64,000 nucleotides of DNA from assembly GCA_013388745.1 (NCBI GenBank), contig JACAER010000043.1:6165-70164 (forward strand), read 5' to 3'. The stretch is from Chloroflexota bacterium. GTDB lineage: Bacteria; Chloroflexota; Anaerolineae; Aggregatilineales; Phototrophicaceae. A program made the translations under genes and the position numbers. The notes under the pieces are model-generated. The model had not been told where the DNA came from and did no database searches. It was given only the letters and a program-made list of their open reading frames with translations. Below, in pieces: positions 60,990 through 64,000 of the stretch (position 1 is its first letter; the number at the start of each line of letters is the position of its first letter).

Positions 60990-61898
60990 TCAAAAATAAT
61001 CGTGCAGGCGGCGCATTTCGACATGGAAGGCGGCGACAGCGGCATAGGGGGCATAGCGGCTGAACACGTCCAGCACCGTTTGCGGCGCGGCGCGCCCCGG
61101 CAGACCGAAAAAAGTGCTGTTGACCGCCGCCTGCAAGACGACATCGTTATGCAAAATGTGTTCGCCGATGCCGCGTGTGCGCATCAGCGTCAGCGCCGCC
61201 GACCAGTGGCCGATGCCTTTGATACGTTGCAGCGCGTGATAGGCGTCGGGTTGGGCGCAAAGCGTATCCAACCCTAACGTCCCCTGCGCCTCACCGCGCG
61301 CCACTTCCAGCAGCAGCCGCATACGCCGGAACGTGATTTTCAGCGGCAGCAGGTCTTCGACGGTGGCGGCGGCCACCTGCGCCGGCGTGGGGAAAGCGTA
61401 AAAACGCGCGCCGTCGTATTCCAGAAAATCGCCTGCCCACTCAACCAGCCAGCGTAAGGCTTTGTGCGCCGCGCGCAGGCTGATCTGCTGCTCCAGAATC
61501 GTTGTTGCCAGCGCCTCAAAAGCCGATTCCGACAAAATGAAACGGGCGCCGACCATCGGCGCGATGATGCGCCACAACTGGTCATCGCCGCGCGCCATTT
61601 CGTAAAACGGACGCCAATCGTTGGATACCGTCAACATGTGCTGCACGCGCGCGCTCAACTGCGCGGTGTCGATCTCACCCCGCGCAGCAGCCAGATAGAC
61701 CGCGCACAACGGCTGCTGCGGCGTGCCCGCCGCGACCACGCGCAGCAGCGCCAGCCCAGCGCCAGAACGCAGCGTGCGCCAGTATTCGCGCTGTTCGGCG
61801 CGCGCCATATCCACCGCGATATGGTAACGCGCCAGCAGATTGAGCGTCAGCGGCAGATCGTAGGGCGGGACGGGCGTGAGTGTGGTGAGGTGCAGCAT
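60990..61898 (-). CDS. DNA-3-methyladenine glycosylase II (AlkA-like, HhH-GPD)
   Basis: 302 aa. HhH motif LQRIKGIGHWSAALTLM followed by the catalytic-Asp region HNDVVLQ. Confidence 0.8.
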   Translation of the reverse strand: MLHLTTLTPVPPYDLPLTLNLLARYHIAVDMARAEQREYWRTLRSGAGLALLRVVAAGTPQQPLCAVYLAAARGEIDTAQLSARVQHMLTVSNDWRPFYEMARGDDQLWRIIAPMVGARFILSESAFEALATTILEQQISLRAAHKALRWLVEWAGDFLEYDGARFYAFPTPAQVAAATVEDLLPLKITFRRMRLLLEVARGEAQGTLGLDTLCAQPDAYHALQRIKGIGHWSAALTLMRTRGIGEHILHNDVVLQAAVNSTFFGLPGRAAPQTVLDVFSRYAPYAAVAAFHVEMRRLHDYF

Positions 61899-61975
61899 AG
61901 GGAATTGGTCGTAGGTGGACAGCGTGTACCTGTCTATAATAACCGCTGTTCAGCAATTAGTCGTCAGGAAAAATC

Positions 61976-62848
61976 ATGCGTATCGGTCTGCAAATTCCCA
62001 ATTTCACTTATCCGGGCGCGCCTGAACTGCGTGCGACACTCAAAGACATCGTGCAGACGGCGGACTCCGCTGGCTTTTACAGCCTGTGGGTGATGGATCA
62101 CTTTTTCCAGATTTCGTTCGTCGGCCCGGCGCATCTCGATATGCTCGAAGGCTATACCACGCTGGGCTATTTCGCTGGGCTGACGCAAAAAGTCAAACTG
62201 GGTACGCTGGTGACAGGCGTCATCTACCGCTATCCCGGCATTCTCATCAAGACGGCTACGACGCTGGATGTGCTTTCCGGCGGGCGCGTCTATCTCGGCA
62301 TCGGCGCGGGGTGGTTCGAGCAGGAGGCCAAAGGGTTGGGCGTGCCTTTTCCGTCCCTCAAAGAACGCTTTGAACTGCTGGAAGAAGCCCTGCAAGTCGC
62401 GCACCAGATGTGGTCGCCGGAAAATAATGGGCCGTATCAGGGGAAACACTTGCAGTTGGCAGAAACGCTGTGCGTGCCCGCGCCCATCAGCCAGCCGCAC
62501 CCACCCATCATGATCGGCGGGCAGGGCGAAAAGAAAACGCTCAAGCTGGTGGCGCAGTACGGTGACGCCTGCAATCTCTTCATCCAACTGGGCAAAGACA
62601 CGCTGCGCCAAAAGCTCGACATCCTCAAGCAGCATTGCGAGGCGCTGGGGCGGCCTTATGAGCAGATCGAAAAGACGGCGCTGGGGTCAGTCATGCCGGG
62701 CACATCGCCGGCGGACACGATCAAGGAACTGACGGAACTGGCTCAGTTGGGCTTCCAGCATGTGATTTACAGTTTCCCGGATGTCTACGAGATCAAACGG
62801 CTGGAAACCTTCGCCCGCACCGTGATTCCGGCGGTGGCGGAGCTGTGA
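61976..62848 (+). CDS. LLM-class F420-dependent oxidoreductase
   Basis: 290 aa. MRIGLQIPNFTYPG...FYSLWVMDHFFQI...GIGAGW is typical of the luciferase-like F420-dependent family. Confidence 0.85.
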   Translation: MRIGLQIPNFTYPGAPELRATLKDIVQTADSAGFYSLWVMDHFFQISFVGPAHLDMLEGYTTLGYFAGLTQKVKLGTLVTGVIYRYPGILIKTATTLDVLSGGRVYLGIGAGWFEQEAKGLGVPFPSLKERFELLEEALQVAHQMWSPENNGPYQGKHLQLAETLCVPAPISQPHPPIMIGGQGEKKTLKLVAQYGDACNLFIQLGKDTLRQKLDILKQHCEALGRPYEQIEKTALGSVMPGTSPADTIKELTELAQLGFQHVIYSFPDVYEIKRLETFARTVIPAVAEL

Positions 62849-62852
62849 ACAC

Positions 62853-63359
62853 ATGCACAACACACTCGACAAAGCCAAACTGCTCGACCTGCTGCGCGCG
62901 GAATACGCCTTCGCCGAGCGCACGCTGGCGCTGCTGACGCCGGAACAGATGAAAATCGGCGGCGTGTGCGGCCCCTGGTCGGTTAAAGATTTGATCGCAC
63001 ATCTGACGGCGTGGGAACGGCGGCTTCTGATGTGGCTGGAAAACGCGCGCAAAGGCATTCCGCTGGTCATCCCGCAGATCGGCTACACCTGGGCACAGAT
63101 CGACCAATTGAATCAGCAAACGGCGCTGGAAGAGAGTGTCAAGCTGCTGCCGCAGTTGATCAACGAGGCGCGGCGCACGCGCGAACTGGTGCTGGCGCAG
63201 ATTTATCTGCTGCCGGAGGCCGATTTGTTCGAAGAAACGCCCTTTTCCGCGCTTTTTCATCACAAGCTGCTGGACGCCATCGCCTCCAACACCTATGAAC
63301 ACTACGCCGAACACATGGAGCAAATCCGCGCGTGGATGAACAAGCGCACGTCAGGCTGA
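62853..63359 (+). CDS. ClbS/DfsB (DUF1706) / DinB-superfamily four-helix-bundle protein
   Basis: 168 aa. WSVKDLIAHLTAWERRLLMWLE...YTWAQIDQLNQ...NTYEHYAEH. Confidence 0.7.
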   Translation: MHNTLDKAKLLDLLRAEYAFAERTLALLTPEQMKIGGVCGPWSVKDLIAHLTAWERRLLMWLENARKGIPLVIPQIGYTWAQIDQLNQQTALEESVKLLPQLINEARRTRELVLAQIYLLPEADLFEETPFSALFHHKLLDAIASNTYEHYAEHMEQIRAWMNKRTSG

Positions 63360-63756
63360 AGCAAGGCGCAGCCCGGCTTACCTTTAACACCCAAACCCTG
63401 CGCCTGATAAATCACCAGCGCAGCGGGATGTTCTTCTTCTTCCTCCAAAGCGATCAAGGGCAGGGTCAGACTGGGCGTATTGACGGTGAGCGTCGAGGGG
63501 ATACCAGACAGGTTGGGCGCGCGTTGCAGCACCATCACATCGGATTTGACGACACTGATTTTTTGCGCTCGGCGTCCGAGTCGATCAAGCGGATTTGCAG
63601 CGAGCGCCGCGGGTAGCTGCGGTACGCCGGTAGCAGCGTGGTTTCCAGCGCTTCGTACAAGTGCGTGACGTGGCTGCTGTGAAAGTTTTGTCAATCGCCG
63701 CCGTCGGCTTGCAGCGCGCTGTTCAGCAGCGGATGAATGCCGGGAAATGTGACCAT
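63302..63756 (-). pseudogene. disrupted ORF of unknown family (in-frame TGA plus frameshift at an A6 run)
   Basis: ATG at 63756 gives MVTFPGIHPLLNSALQADGGD, then TGA (63693-63691). The same frame continues QNFHSSHVTHLYEALETTLLPAYRSYPRRSLQIRLIDSDAERKK. After the A6 run (63559-63564) the reading continues in another frame: ISVVKSDVMVLQRAPNLSGIPSTLTVNTPSLTLPLIALEEEEEHPAALVIYQAQGLG. Confidence 0.3.
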
Positions 63757-63833
63757 CGTAGTCCAACCTGTTAGACTTTTCCCCATTATACCGCGCTATA
63801 ATGGCCGCCATTCTGAGGAGAGGCAGTGAATAG

Positions 63834-64000
63834 ATGACAAAGCGCTACACGTTTGAACAATTCGCGGCGGTGCGCCAGTTCGCGCCGGCGGTGGCCTATT
63901 CCCCCGACGGCACGCGCATCGCCTATGTCGATAACGCCTCCGGGCAAATGAACCTGTCGGTGATTCCTTCCGGCGGCGGCGAGGTGCTTCAGCTCACACA
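63834..64000 (+). CDS. S9-family (prolyl oligopeptidase/TolB-like propeller) peptidase, N-terminal fragment
   Basis: ATG at 63834 follows GAGGAGAGG. It reads MTKRYTFEQFAAVRQFAPAVAYSPDGTRIAYVDNASGQMNLSVIPSGGGEVLQLT, the typical start of S9 propeller domains. The gene continues past the window end. Confidence 0.6.
   Translation, partial: MTKRYTFEQFAAVRQFAPAVAYSPDGTRIAYVDNASGQMNLSVIPSGGGEVLQLT

Noticed and set aside
63691-63693. In-frame TGA as selenocysteine or programmed readthrough
   Set aside because: No SECIS-like hairpin is evident immediately downstream, and the same ORF also has a homopolymer frameshift. Decay or sequencing error is more parsimonious.
1-64000. CRISPR arrays, IS elements, rRNA genes, prophage genes
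   Set aside because: Reading both strands showed no regularly spaced direct repeats, no transposase, integrase or phage structural motifs, and no rRNA-like conserved strings.

Overview
GC-rich bacterial chromosomal segment (GC not computed). The gene content suggests a Chloroflexota-like organism: F420-type LLM oxidoreductase, a DUF559 gene with PSP..GEG hairpin motifs, a glmS ribozyme and dynamin-like GTPases. This assignment is inference only. I support about 57 protein-coding genes, 5 tRNAs (Pro-Gly-Met cluster, Ser, Lys), one glmS ribozyme, several intrinsic terminators and a few sigma70-like promoters. I found no rRNA, CRISPR array, transposase or integrase.

Main blocks, left to right:
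- tRNA cluster and two methyltransferases.
- A translationally coupled System-I cytochrome c maturation operon (ccmE-abm-cytochrome c-ccmA-ccmB-membrane protein-ccmC-ccmD). Its CcmE is unusual and ccmF/ccmH are absent.
- A five-gene NurA...HerA nuclease/ATPase cluster.
- A GT9-GT26 fusion glycosyltransferase with a heptose kinase.
- HDAC and MgtC genes.
- Two tandem bacterial dynamin-like proteins, divergent from a GAF-adenylate/guanylate cyclase.
- A chemotaxis-like module (CheB, CheY-like, degenerate ATPase-like protein, CheW, REC-Roadblock) with no CheA, MCP or CheR in the window. It faces a GAF protein and a 739-aa helical-repeat protein.
- sucAB and metG. metG is preceded by an orphan promoter-terminator unit.
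- A TIR-domain remnant between two tRNAs.
- glmS with its ribozyme.
- An RCC-reductase-like / FAD monooxygenase / aldehyde dehydrogenase trio.

The best candidates for something new are the expanded NurA-HerA cluster, the kinase-less Che-like module and the variant ccm operon. Many long antisense ORFs in the track are GC-driven artefacts. Three disrupted ORFs, two of them at homopolymer runs, may reflect sequencing errors.
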